From: Eledone cirrhosa
Lineage: Eukaryota
Assembly: GCA_964016885.1 (NCBI GenBank)
Contig: OZ024744.1
Coordinates: 50,592,001-50,656,000 of the forward strand
Length of the DNA: 64,000 bases
Direction: 5' to 3'
In this document: piece after piece, positions 34,204 through 46,772 of the stretch
Layout: each line of letters opens with the position of its first letter
Numbering within the stretch: position 1 is the stretch's first letter
Made by a program: the position numbers and the translations under genes
The notes under the pieces: model-generated
The model's database searches: none
Seen by the model: only the letters and a program-made list of their open reading frames with translations
Told to the model about the DNA's origin: nothing

Positions 34204-37118
34204 GTTGCCTATGAAGATTTTCGACTGCACATGTCGAAGATGTACCAACAATATGAAAGACAGAGGGTAGACAACATTGTGGACCCACATGACCGCAAAC
34301 AACACCCTATAAGCACAATCTCTGGCATTTCCGACATTGCAGCTGATGCAGATAACTACCCCCCTGTGACCTCACCACAGCAACAATGTTCCATTAAAAT
34401 ATCAGAAATATCTGATGAGCAAGACCAAGAAGCCTCTCACCTCACATCCCCACAAGAATGTGCAGAGAAAACAGCAGAAATATCTGATTCCCAACACCAA
34501 AAAGAAGCTACTACAAAATCTTTGGAATCAGAATCTGAAGACAAACAGCAGAAATCAGAAACAATGAAAAATGTCAGTAAAATGCCTGTGGGACGCAGGG
34601 AGAGTGTTGAAAAAGGTGAGGCAGAACTTGAAGTGTCAGAGAAATGTGACAAAGACAAAGATGACATCAAGGATAATGAAGAAGTGCCACAGAATCGGAC
34701 GACAGCAGAAGTGGAAGAATGTGATTATGAGAAATCGAAGAATGCAGAGTTTGGTGTTGAAAACCGGAACCAGACAATGTCAGAAGAATCTGATGTAAAG
34801 AAGGAGAAGGATGTTGAAGGTGTTGTAGATGTGTGTGATGAAAAGAAATACATAAAAAATCAAGAAGAACAGCAACAAGAACAAAAAGTGAAACTTAAAG
34901 AAGGCGATGGGTCAAAATATGAGGACTATAAGATGATGAAGGAGATAATGAACACAGTGAAAAATGATGACGTCTATTTGGAGGAAGAGTTAGGACGTGA
35001 GGATAACAAGAAATGTGTTGGAGAAGGCGAGGAAGAGGAGCAGATTGTAGGGGAATCGGGTACAGAAAAGGCCGAAAAAGATGGCAATGAATCTGAGAAG
35101 AAAGAGAAACAGCAGGCAGACATCGAAGGCGAAGAAGAAAAAGGGAAATCAAAAGACGAGGAAAATGATAGTGAAAACGGAGGAGGCGATATCAAAGTAT
35201 TGAAAAAAAGCAATGAAAGTGACAAGAAAGTTTTGTCGAGTGATGTTGGTAAACCTGATGAACAGAGCATCATTGAAGGGAAGAAGGAGAAAGACTTGGA
35301 AATGAGTGATAAAGAAGGCAGCAAGGAAAAAGTAGCAACAGCAGCTGATGGTGATGGTGGTGGGGGAGGCGATGGTGGTGGTGGTGTTGTTTCAAAGAAG
35401 TCGTCAAGGTGTGAGACTGAGCAAGGAGATGTTGATGAAAGTAAGGGGGAAAGACATGACACAGAAGAATCAGATTCAAACAAGAATAATGAACATGGAA
35501 GTGACAAAGAAAAAGACTCCAGTGTCATTGTTGATGACAAGAAAAGCAAAGATGACGTTAGCACAGCTAGCGATGAAAGGAAAGACGATATCATAGAAGA
35601 GAAAGTTAAAGAAGAAACGACAGATGAACAGAAGAGTGAGCAAGTCATAGCTGGGGAGAAGGAAAGAGATGAAAGCAATGACGGGTGTGGGGACACTCAG
35701 AAAATCGAATCTGAAGAAGGCCAAACAGATGTGAAACAGAAAGAGCAAGAAATACCCCAGGATGTGAATGATGTTGAGAAGACAACGATGCACCCAGATG
35801 ATGGATGTACACAGAATGGTTCAAAGAAGGAGTCGGGGTGTGAAAATGAACAAGGAGAGAAAAGAGAAGAGCACAAAGAGACTGATGTCTCCAAAGGAAA
35901 AGAAAAACAACAGCAGGATGATGGAGCCAATGACAAAAGTAAAGGAGAAAGACATGATGTTGATGATGCTGAAAATGTTGGTGAAGGACGTGGAGATACC
36001 AAAGAAAGCTTAGGTAAGAATATTGATGAGGGCTCAGGGTCAGAATCGGCCCCTTCTGCATGTGGTGTCGTTGAAGTTGAAGGGACTGAAAATGTAGAAA
36101 ATGTAAGTGGACAGGTTGGAGCAGTGAGTGTAGAAGAAAGAAGCGGTAGTAGTTTTTACGAAACGTGTGGTGGTGAAGCAGAACAAGATGATCATCATCA
36201 AGACAGTGGTGATGTTGGTGTTTATTCGTCTGGCCTCGGGTATGAGACCCAGGCAGGCCCTACGGGTTATTACACCCGAGACGGCGACATGATACACTTG
36301 AAGCACACTGAGAACGGGGAGTTGGTTTACCAGACGGAAGACGGGCGTATGGTGTACCAATATCCGACGGAGGATGGAGGAATTATCTACCACACAGGTG
36401 AGGCTGAAGAGGCTAATTATGACAATGGTGCCAGCACCAATTCGACAGCGGAATTTTTGGAAGAAGCAGAAGGTACTGGTAAATCTATTTACAACATTGC
36501 TGACAACGCCATATCTGACCCTACATCATCAACAACAACAGCGGATTTTTCAGAAAAAGCAGAAGACAGTGGCAAATCTGTTTATAAAGTTGAAACTTCT
36601 GGGACTGCAACAACAACAACACCTCCTACAACAGCGCAAGAAACTTATCCTGTCCACGAGACCCTTAATAACCAATCCTACCCCCCAACAGCAGGAGACT
36701 CAGAAATAGGAGCTACAACAACAGCACCAACACCACAAGGACCTTATCCCGTTCATGGGGCTCTTAATAACCAGTATTACACCCCAACAGTTGGAAGCCC
36801 CACATCAGGAGCTGCAACAACGACAGCACCACCACCACAAGGGCCTTCGTACCCTATTGACGAAACCTCTCATAATCAGTACTATGCCCCAACAACAACA
36901 GATGGGAGTTCAACCTCAGGGCCAAAATCTCGAACCAATTCAGCAGGTTCTTCTCGCAGAAGCAGCCATGGAACAACGACAGGAAGCCGACACCTATTTA
37001 GCCCAGGCCCAAGAGCGCCACCTTTTCGGATTCCAGAGTTCAGATGGTCTTACCTACATCAAAAGCTTCTCTCTGATCTTCTCTTCTCAATTGAAACAGA
37101 CATCCAGGTTTGGAAAAG
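34204..37118 (+). CDS. NBEA: Neurobeachin giant exon (2915 nt; acidic disordered region)
   Basis: tag|GTTGCC..TGGAAAAG|gt; phase 0-2; open throughout; ends in conserved [31 protein letters not shown]. Confidence 0.93.
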
Positions 37119-37297
37119 GTACGTAACTACCATCTCAGCTAAATTTTCTTGTACTTAATGCAATATGTTTCGAAAGTCATTAACCTCTGTAGAATTGTTA
37201 GGTAATTATGTTTCACAAAATATATATGTGTGTGTGTGTGTGTGTATATACATAAGGCTGTCAAGTATGAAATTTGACAGCCCTATATATAGTGTGT

Positions 37298-40200
37298 ATC
37301 ATCATCATCATTTTACGTCCGCTTTTCCCTGCTTGCAAGGGTTGGACGGGTCCTATTCAGCACGGCATCTCTCCACTTGTCACAGTCCTTTGTCATCTTC
37401 TCGGTGAGTTTCAGCGATCTGAGGTCTGCTCTCACCACCTCCGCCCTTGTTTTTCTACTGGGATTTCTTGGCACTTCTTTACCGAACGGTCATCCTCCAT
37501 GCACATCACATGTCCATACCATCTCAGCCTTCTCTCCTGCACACCACAACTTATCCCTCTTATATCCAGTTTCTTTCTCAACTCGTCTATGCTTGGTCGT
37601 TCACGCACATTGACACTGCACATCCAACGGAGCATACTTGCTTCATTTCTCTCCAGCCGTCGCATATCCTCTGCAGTTGCTGCCCATGTCTCACTACCAT
37701 TCAGCATCGCACATGTCACACAGGCATCATATAACCGGCCTTTCGTACGCAGGGAGAAACCCTTCTTTGTCAACAGAGGAAGCAGCTCTCTAAACTTCTT
37801 CCAACCCGTCCTTATTCTAGATACTATGGCCTTGGAACACCCTCTCCCATGATAATCTGATCACCTAGGTACCGGAAGCTATCAACCACTTCTATAGAAC
37901 CCACCTGCATTGGAAAAATGTGTCTATCATTGTGATTACTACTGCCAACTTTACCTGTACATCTACTGCATACGTAGTTTTACCTACCTGTTAGTTTGCC
38001 TGCTATCCCACTACATCTCTTGTGTACCCAAGATCTGCATTGTGTACATTTTATGGAATTTATGCCAGTTCCTTTCCTACATATCGAACATGGCCATTTC
38101 CCTGATGGAATCAGAGTATTGTCCTCTCTTCTACTTATCAACACTTTTGTCTTAGCTATGTTCACTCTGTCCCCTTGATTCCAAGTGCTGTTTCCATAGC
38201 CAGAATTTATTCTCTAGCTCCTCTACTGATTCTGCTATAAGAACCAGATCATCAGCATAGAGAAGTTCCCATGGGCATCCAGTCTTAAACTTCTCTGTTA
38301 TGGCTTGGAGGACTATAATGAACAAGAGCGGGCTGAGGACCGAACCCTGATGTACACTTGTATCTGGAATTCCTCACTAAACTCCATACCTACTCTCACT
38401 TTGCTGACAGCACCTCTGTACAAAGCTTGCACTGTCTTCACAAGCCATTCCTCAACACCTAGTTTCCTTAGGGACCACCAGATGACAGGTCGGGGTACCC
38501 TATCAAAGGCCTTCTCTAGGTCAACAAAAGCTAAGTATAGTGGCTTATTCTTCTCTAAGAACTTCTCTTGTAGTTGCCTCACTAAGAAGAGGGCATCTGT
38601 TGTACTTTTCCGAGGCACAAAACCAAACTGCATCTCATCTAGTTTGACCCTTTCTCTAATCAGTTGCACTAATATTCTCTCTGCCACTTTCATAACCTGA
38701 TCCATCAGCTTTATGCCCCTATAATTGTTCCTCTCTAGAGCATCCCCTTTAGCTTTCTAGCAATTTATGAGAATACTGCTGCACCAGTCTTTGGGTATGA
38801 CACCACCATATATAGCTTGATTGATGATGCGTGCAACCAGTTTAGTGCCTACTTCCCTTGATGCCTTCAGCATCACAGCAACTATCCCTGACGGTCCAGC
38901 AGCCTTACCATTCTTCATTTCCTTAATTGCCTCTTGTACCCTATATTCGTCAATCTCAATAGCTGGTCCCTCTGTCGGGTCTACTGGGGCTAGTTTCTCT
39001 CTCTCCCATTCGTTCTCCATATTCATCAGTCTCTCATAGTGAAATTTCCAGGCCTCCTTCTTTTGATCATTCTTGACACTAAGTACACCAGCATCATTCC
39101 GGACACACTTATCTCCAACAACATCCTGATTTGCACTGACACCATGCCTAGCAATGCGGAACACCGCACGTTACTGATCTTCCCGTCGCAGAACATTGGC
39201 AAACCTCCTACTCTCAGCCTCCCTGCATGCTAAGTACACCTGACATCTAGCTTCTCTCTTAGCGGCTGTGTATCCTTCCCTACTGCCACCATTTTTCAAA
39301 GCATTCCATGCCAGTCTTTTGTCTCTAATGGCCCTATTTACCGTGCTGTTCCACCACCAGGTCACTCTCTGTCTGGTTGAAGCTCTGCCCCAACCACAAG
39401 TTTCTTCAGTAAGCTGCAGTAAGTTGTCATGCAAGAAATTCCAGTTATCATCTATGTCCTACAACTCTAAATCGTCTTCTTTTTCGTCTTACACGTTGAA
39501 GGGCTTTGCTAAATTTATATTTTAATGAAAGGTCTTAGCTTCCAGACCTTTCTTTTCCACACTTTCCTGTATGTCTCATTCTTTCTCATGCTTACTGATA
39601 TGTCACTAACGACTAACCTATGCTGTGGGGTACATTCTTCCCCGGGGTATGCCTTAGTATTTGACACCAACTGTTTGTCTCGCTGTCTAACTAGCAGGAA
39701 GTCAATCTGGCTTATGTGCTTGTAGTGACCTACATTCCGCGGGCTCACATACATTCTCTGTGCGTGATTTGGCTCAGTTCAGCCAATCAGCGCCAGTAGA
39801 AGAGGATGTATCCCTACGCGCCCTGAGGAAGAAATTCCCCGCGAAGATTTGAAGAATCTCTCTCTTGTACCGGAAACTTCAAGCCAGCAACACGTGTAAC
39901 AGTGAGATATTGCACCCCTAGCCTCGCCGGCTTAACGGCGCAATGGCACATTCCCTTTTGTAACCTCTTTTTATCTGTAACTTCAACCATATAAATAAAC
40001 AAACATTTCATCTCTAATTACTGCGGTTGAAGTCGTTATTATGTTACTCGTGTCTCAATAACAACTTTAATCCATGCTGCTGGAATTGGCGACCTGACGA
40101 AAGGAATATTGTAAATAGATGGTAAATAGATCGAGGGACCTTCAATCATCTACCCTGTTAAAGTAACGACCACTGATTCTACCACCCTGCTAATGTGCCG

Positions 40201-42570
40201 ATAACATCAACAACTAATACTGCTAAAGTGGTGACCGACGTAAGAATTAACGCAGCCCTTCTTATTCATTCAGTTGAACTTGCGAAAATCCAGAATATTC
40301 CTTTTAAGATTTTTGAAAAATTAGCAGTATTTCAAAAACTTTTTCGCCACGAAAAAATTTCAAGATGGCTACCGACATGTCATGGCTACGCTTGACAACA
40401 ACAATGACAGCAGCAGCGACAGCGTTGTTTAACCACTGACCAATACAGGGAACAGTGAGTGGCAGCTTCATAACCTTACCGACGCCAACCACCACACATC
40501 GGAAATTTCAAAACGACTTGTAACTTTACCGACGCAACCACCATACCTTCTGTCTCGTTACCACAGGGACGCGAGAAATTGAGACAGTAGTTTTCTCACC
40601 ATTATGGCGTCAGACGTGACTGCCATATTTGGTGACTCCTACTCTACAGAAGATTCTTTGACTTTGCTTTAACAATAAGCAACAAAACCTTCGGGACGGT
40701 AAAATGGCCACGAAATCTCACAAAAACACCATACATCTAACCCCTAACGGCAGTAACAAACTTCTTTTTCAGTTTTCAGATAGAACTAGTGTCTGTACAC
40801 TGGTGATGTGTGAACTATTTGACTTTGAAAAACTTTGAACTTATTGAGCAATTTCTCTGCTCCCCTAGATTGACTTTGAATTATCAGTTTGTTACATTCA
40901 CATATTTCTTTGTAGAATGCATTTACTTGTTTTGTGCTCTTTTGCTATTTGCTTGCTCATGGTTTTTGTTCATTCACATTCTTTGCTGTTTTACATGCCT
41001 GCATATGCACACATTTTTTTTATCACACACCACCATGTTGTGCTTGGTATATGTTCTTCAAACGTAATATTCTGCGAGTCCCTTTTCACCTGGTTGAGAT
41101 GCTGTCACATGCTAGCAGCTCACAGAGCTTAATCCACTGGATTCAAACAGGCACCGCAACACGAGAATACTAATTGCAGCTGAACTCAAACAGCTTCGCA
41201 TCTCGTTGCACACTGATCGTCCATGACGGCCATCCGTCTTGTTGTTTTTGCCCGACTCGCTGGGAAAGCAACAAATTGAACTGGACTTGTCAATATTTCG
41301 GCCACTTCTGTGGATTCGCCCGAATTATGGAATTTACACTGCAACCCACCTACAGATTAAACTTGCCTTTTTTTTCTTTACAAAGCAACCAGCCATTTTT
41401 TCCTGGCTCCACAGCACATTCGACAATACATCTGGGGGGCCATCATTTTCTCGCCAGCACTGGTAAACTACCATAATAGCTTCGTTCACAGCTACTGGTA
41501 CAACGCTTACCATTAACATTTAATGCAAGAACAGCAACTTCGCCCATGTCAGACTTTATCTGTTTTCTGGTAGGCCCTTGAGGGTCTCGTTTAAACTACA
41601 AAACAGCTAGTCATTTGACAGCGGCTCAACACGGCCCGTCGCGCCTAATTTATTTTTTGTTCTTGCATGAATCTTTCTGCTCAATTATTTTTTCACTGAT
41701 GTGCTCTTTCAGCATTTGTTCTTGCTGATTCAATAATATGTGGGTCCTTGGTTTCTTCGTTATCGATTTTCGGCTGAAAATCTGGTTGGAGGTGATGTAG
41801 TAACCTACATTCCGCAGGCTCACATACAATCTCTGTGCGTGATTTGGCTCAGTTCAGCCAATCAGCGCCAGTAGAAGAGGATGTATCCCTACGCGCCCTG
41901 AGGAAGAAATTCCCCGCGAAGATTTGAAGAATCTCTCTCTTGTACCGGAAACTTCAAGCCAGCAACACGCATAATGTAACAGTGAGATATTGCACCCCTA
42001 GCCTCGCCGGCTTAACGGCGCAATGGCACATTCCCTTGTGTAACCTCTTTTTATCTGTAACTTCAACCATATAAATAAACAAACATTTCATCTCTAATTA
42101 CTGCGGTTGAAGTCGTTATTATGTTACTCGTGTCTCAATAACAACTTTAATCCATGCTGCTGGAATTGGCGACCTGACGAAAGGAATATTGTAAATAGAT
42201 GGTAAATAGATCGAGGGACCTTCAATCATCTACCCTGTTAAAGTAACGACCACTGATTCTACCACCCTGCTAAAGTGGCGATAACATCTATAACTAATAA
42301 CTGCTAAATGCTCACCTGATTTGTAGGTTATTAGATGGTTGGTAGGCTTCTGGAAGTTAGTGTTGCAAATGGTTAGTGCATTTGCATCACAAAATTCAAG
42401 AAGCCTCACTTCTTCTTCATTTCTTGAGCCGTAACCGTGCCCACCATTTACCTCAGTGTATCCATCCTGGAGTTGTCCAACATGTCCATTGAAGTCCCCC
42501 GTTAGCATAACGATGTCTTCATCCTCTGTCATTGCAGCTGTTTGCAAAAGTGGCTCGTAAAAGCAGTCTT
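37298..42570 (-). mobile_element. RTE LINE (APE to 3' tail) split by an LTR element
   Basis: GDFNGHVG (42230-42547); TYKSGEH|ISQIDF rejoins across the insertion; AFVDLEKAFDRVP; YADD; PHD finger ~37960-38105. Confidence 0.92.
39721..42308 (+). mobile_element. Non-autonomous CsRn1-like LTR retrotransposon, copy A
   Basis: LTRs 39721-40227 and 41796-42308; TSD TGCT; PBS TGGTGACCGACGT; PPT-like CTGGTTGGAGGTGA; no gag/pol ORF. Confidence 0.9.
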
Positions 42571-42575
42571 ATATA

Positions 42576-42610
<35 letters not shown>

Positions 42611-43358
42611 GAATGTATATATAGTGTATTTTGCAATTCACTGTATGCTTAATTAAAAGCATTTCAAAGACCTTACGCTATTGTTTTAGAGTAGTGACAG
42701 TCTCACTTACTTTAAATTTTCAGCAAACAGGGGAGATAAGGCTGACAGAGCTCTGTTTCATACTTTTTGGTACTTATCAAAGCTAAGAACTCCACCTGTT
42801 TGCTGAAAATCATGAATGAACCCCTCCTTTCTTCGTCATCACATAGATGTGTGTGTATGTAATAATTATTTTTTCTAAGTGTGTCTGTTTTTATATATAT
42901 GTATGTGTAGATTTCTGTGTTTTTGTAATTCTATTGTCTATGTATCTTTCTAAATAAACCACACAAACACACATACACTCACACAAATATTATATATAAA
43001 TATAATTTACACACACACAAACACACATATAATCATAACTGCCAATGTATGTAGCCAATTCGCTATACATATAGACACACAGATGTAGCGAATATTGGAC
43101 GCATCCACCTCTTCCTTCCTAAGTTTGTCATCACCCCTACTCTGTCACTGTCAATTATGTCAGCTAAATGACAGAAGCTGTCAACTACTTCCATAGAGCC
43201 TTCCAGAGATTGGGAAAAGTATATTTCACTGGAGCTACTAACTACCAGTGTGCATCTTCATTATGTAAAGCCTATCTTTTCTGTTGGTTTGTCTACAATT
43301 TCACTACACCTCTTGTGTACCCATATTTTAAATTATGTACATTTTGTTAATTTTTCAG

Positions 43359-43512
43359 CCACAGTACCAGAGCTGTTGTGGACTTCGTCAACTCTGGTGA
43401 GAACCATATTTATGTTGTGAATGTCACACACATGATCTCACAGTTAGCAGACAACCTCATTATGTCTTGTGGAGGGCTATTGCCCCTATTAGCTGCAGCA
43501 ACTTCCCCAAAT
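43359..43512 (+). CDS. NBEA: Neurobeachin exon ([12 protein letters not shown]...[15 protein letters not shown])
   Basis: AG/GT; phase 2-0. Confidence 0.95.
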
Positions 43513-43609
43513 GTAAGTAACACGGTTACTATTTTTATTTCCTCTTTTTCTTTAATATATATATCCCCCATTATTATCACTGTTTAACATATATTTTTCC
43601 ATGCTGGAC

Positions 43610-43957
43610 TGTGACCACTGGCATCACGCAGTAATACAGAGTACCCGACTTCCCACGGGTACAAGCTGAAGCATATAGACACTATGCCCCCTCTCACTGC
43701 AAAGTGATCATGGAGGTGCCACGGCAAAAAAAGTACCCAGCCCACACTGTGAAGTAGACATGTAGGCGCCAAGGAAAAAAAGCACCCAGCACTCACTGTA
43801 AATGAGGTTGGTGTTAAGAAGGGCATCCAGCTGTAGAAATCAAGCCAGAATCAGTTCCCATATGAGCAAGATAAGGTCAGCCGCCTGGACACTGCCCACA
43901 ACAGGACAACCTGTCTAACCCATGCTAGCGTGGAAGAACAGTCGTAAAATGATGATG
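43610..43957 (+). mobile_element. RTE 3'UTR fragment
   Basis: Matches 18960-19190 and is inverted relative to 44975-45330. Confidence 0.8.
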
Positions 43958-44334
43958 GCATGGGTTAATACACACACAAACACATATATTTTATACGGGT
44001 GTTAAATGATAATGTGACAATACCTCTGTTGCCGATGCCATGATAAATGCACCCATTACACACTGTAATATGGTAATGTAGGTGCATTAATACCCCAGAA
44101 CTCTCAACCTTATAGGAGGCCAGCTGAACCTACATAGGTGTAGGCTGTAACAACAACATGATTTTATATATCTATAAGATTTATATATTTAAAAAACACA
44201 AATCCCACTCTCTGACATACTTTCTCACCTCTCCTACTTGCCATACACCCATGTCACCATACTTATGCATCTGATCACTCCCACCCCTATATGGAAGAGA
44301 GATCTCTTCAGCTGTGTCAACAAACTCTCTAGTC

Positions 44335-44930
44335 CTGTAAGGTTGTTGGTGTTAGGAAAGACTTCCAACCATAGAAACCATGCAAAAAAGAGTTGATAGG
44401 ACCTTCTAGTCACAACACAGCAACTTCTCTAATGCCAGTGCCATGGAAAATGCACTCAGTACATCATGTAAGGTGGTTGGTGATAGGAAAGGTATCCAGC
44501 CATAGAAAACCTGCCAAACAAAAAGTTGGGATAACGCTTCAGATGTGTCAAAGATATAATGACAACCTCTCTGTTGGTGGTGATATAATAAATGCACCCA
44601 GTACACTTTGTAAAGAGGTCAGTAATACAAAGGGTATCTTGCTGTAGAAGCCCTGCCAAAAATGTTAAAACTCTTCAGTTGTGTCAAGAGTGTGAGAACC
44701 TCTTTTGTGCTGGTGACACTATAAACAAACTCAGTACACTTTTTAAGTGTTTAGTGATAGAAAGGGCAGAAAATTTGCCAAACAAAGGATTGAACGGACT
44801 CTTCATTCATGCCAAAGATATGATAACCTCTTTATGCTGGTGCCTTGATAAAATACACTCAGTACACTTTGTAGTGATTAGTGTTAAGAAGAGCATCCAG
44901 CTGTAGAAAAGCTGCTAAACAAAGGGTTAG
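44335..44930 (+). repeat. Diverged ~130-140-bp tandem array derived from the RTE/SINE tail
   Basis: About 5 units: GGTTGGTG.TAGGAAGGG.ATCCAGC..TAGAAAA...CTTCAG.TGTGTCAA...AAATGCACCCAGTACAC. Confidence 0.7.
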
Positions 44931-44974
44931 GGAAGGAAAAGAGATGTGAAATGATGATGATGGCAGTATGTAGT

Positions 44975-45580
44975 TCATCATCATCATCACCGTTTTACGT
45001 CCGTTCTTCCACGCTAGCATGGGTTAGACGGGTTGTCCTGTTGTGGGCAGTGTCTGGTCGGCTGACCATGCCTTGCTCATACAGGAACTGATCTGGCTTG
45101 ATTTCTACAGCTGGATGCCCTTCCTAACACCAACCTCATTTACAGTGAGTGCTGGGTGCTTTTTCGTGGCGCCTACACGTCCACTTTACAGTGTGGGCTG
45201 GGTGCTTTTTTGCCGTGGCACCTCCACGACCACCTTGCGGTGGGGGGGGGGGGGCATATTGTTTATATGCTTCAGCATGTACCCATGGGAGGTCGGGTAC
45301 CCTGTATTACTGCGTGACGCCAGAAGTCACGGTCGTGTGTCATTGACTTTGAGAGGTGTAGTTGGGTAAGGTCGGCTTTTATCACCTCATCCCAAGTCAT
45401 CTTGGGTCTCCCCACTCCGCGGTTTCCATCAACTTCTAGTGCTCTGCACCTTTTTATGCAGCTGTCATCCTTCATACGCATCACATGTCCATACCAGCGT
45501 AACCGCCTCTCCTGCACGCAGCATTTGATTCCTCTTATGCTCAGTCTCTCTCTCAATTCATTTATGCTTTGTCGTTGTTG
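44975..45580 (-). mobile_element. RTE LINE 3' fragment with 3'UTR
   Basis: ORF 45272-45592 LRWYGHV..GRPKMTW; (CAT)n tail. Confidence 0.88.
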
Positions 45581-45637
45581 TTGATAATTCATTGATAAAT
45601 GTTTTTATTGATTTTTAACTGTATTATTTGTTTTCAG

Positions 45638-45818
45638 GGGGAACTTGATATTCTTGAGCCGAACCAAGGGCTAAGTATTGAACAGGCTGTGTCCATTCTG
45701 CAAAGGATTATGAACATGACAGATATTGTGGTCTTCACAAGCTCCACAAACTTCTCCGAACTCGAACAAGAAAAGAACATGCCACCTGGTGGCATTCTCC
45801 GACAGTGTTTACGTTTGG
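45638..45818 (+). CDS. NBEA: Neurobeachin exon (GELDILEP...[16 protein letters not shown])
   Basis: AG/GT; phase 0-1. Confidence 0.95.
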
Positions 45819-46599
45819 GTAAGTCTTAAGACCTTTTTTCCCACCACGTACTCCTCTTATATTCATATCATTTATCATTCTTGAGTCAAAGGCAAAACAA
45901 CCTTTCTACTGTTGAGAATCTACATAATAAATTCCATGCAATATTGTGTAGTTGGTGCATATAAATGGCAAACCATGGATGTGCTGAGAGGGAAACTGGG
46001 TGTAGAAGGAATCAGGTGTGGTGTGCAGAAGAGAGGACTGCACTGGTAAGACCATATCATATCTATGAATGATGGTTGTTTGGTGAAGAGGTGGTGGGGG
46101 TTTCCATTGGTGAAGGTGGATCTCAAAACAATAAACCTTACAGAGGAGATGACAAAGGAATGCAGTAGGTGGAAGGAGGTTGTACTGGCACAGACCCATC
46201 CAACCCAAGCAAGTATGGATGTAAAAGGATGATGATGATGATAATGAATGCATGCTGCATGTGGTTGGTGATAAGAAAACCTGCTAAACATAGGGTCAGG
46301 AGCACTCTTCAGTTGATTCAAATACATGACAACTACTCTATTGCTGGTGCCATGATAAGATGCTCTCTATGCAGTGCAGGAATGTATGCATGTGAGATGC
46401 AGGATTCTGGTCCATCTGAGCAATCAGTAGCTCCACTTCAGTACTGATCTCAAGAAATTTCACCTCACACATGAGGGGATAAAAGAAAGCAACATGTGTA
46501 GGGAAGCTGTGGGGAAAAAGACCCATCCCTTCCATGCAAGCATAGAAAAATAGACATAAATGATAATGAATTTCATCTTTTTTAACCTTACATTTCCAG

Positions 46600-46772
46600 T
46601 GTGCACAGCTACAGTAAGAAATTGTCTCGAATGCAAACACCGTTATAGTGCAAAGACACCAGTCACAGACCCATCTCCAACGCAGGCCCCACAATGGCAA
46701 AACCCAAAGTCAACCAATGGCAACATCGATCCCATACAGTCACTAATTGGTGGCTCACACCCATCTCCAAAG
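46600..46772 (+). CDS. NBEA: Neurobeachin exon (VCTATVRNCLEC...)
   Basis: AG/GT; phase 1-0; VRNCLEC motif. Confidence 0.93.

Noticed and set aside
34231-37158. Stand-alone 975-aa gene
   Set aside because: Bounded by in-phase splice sites and continuous with conserved NBEA exons on both sides
39823-40100. CTGAGGA and CTGACGA in the non-autonomous LTRs as hammerhead cores (an animal LTR retrozyme)
   Set aside because: I could not build a stem II closed by GAAA plus stem III/NUH around either motif on either strand
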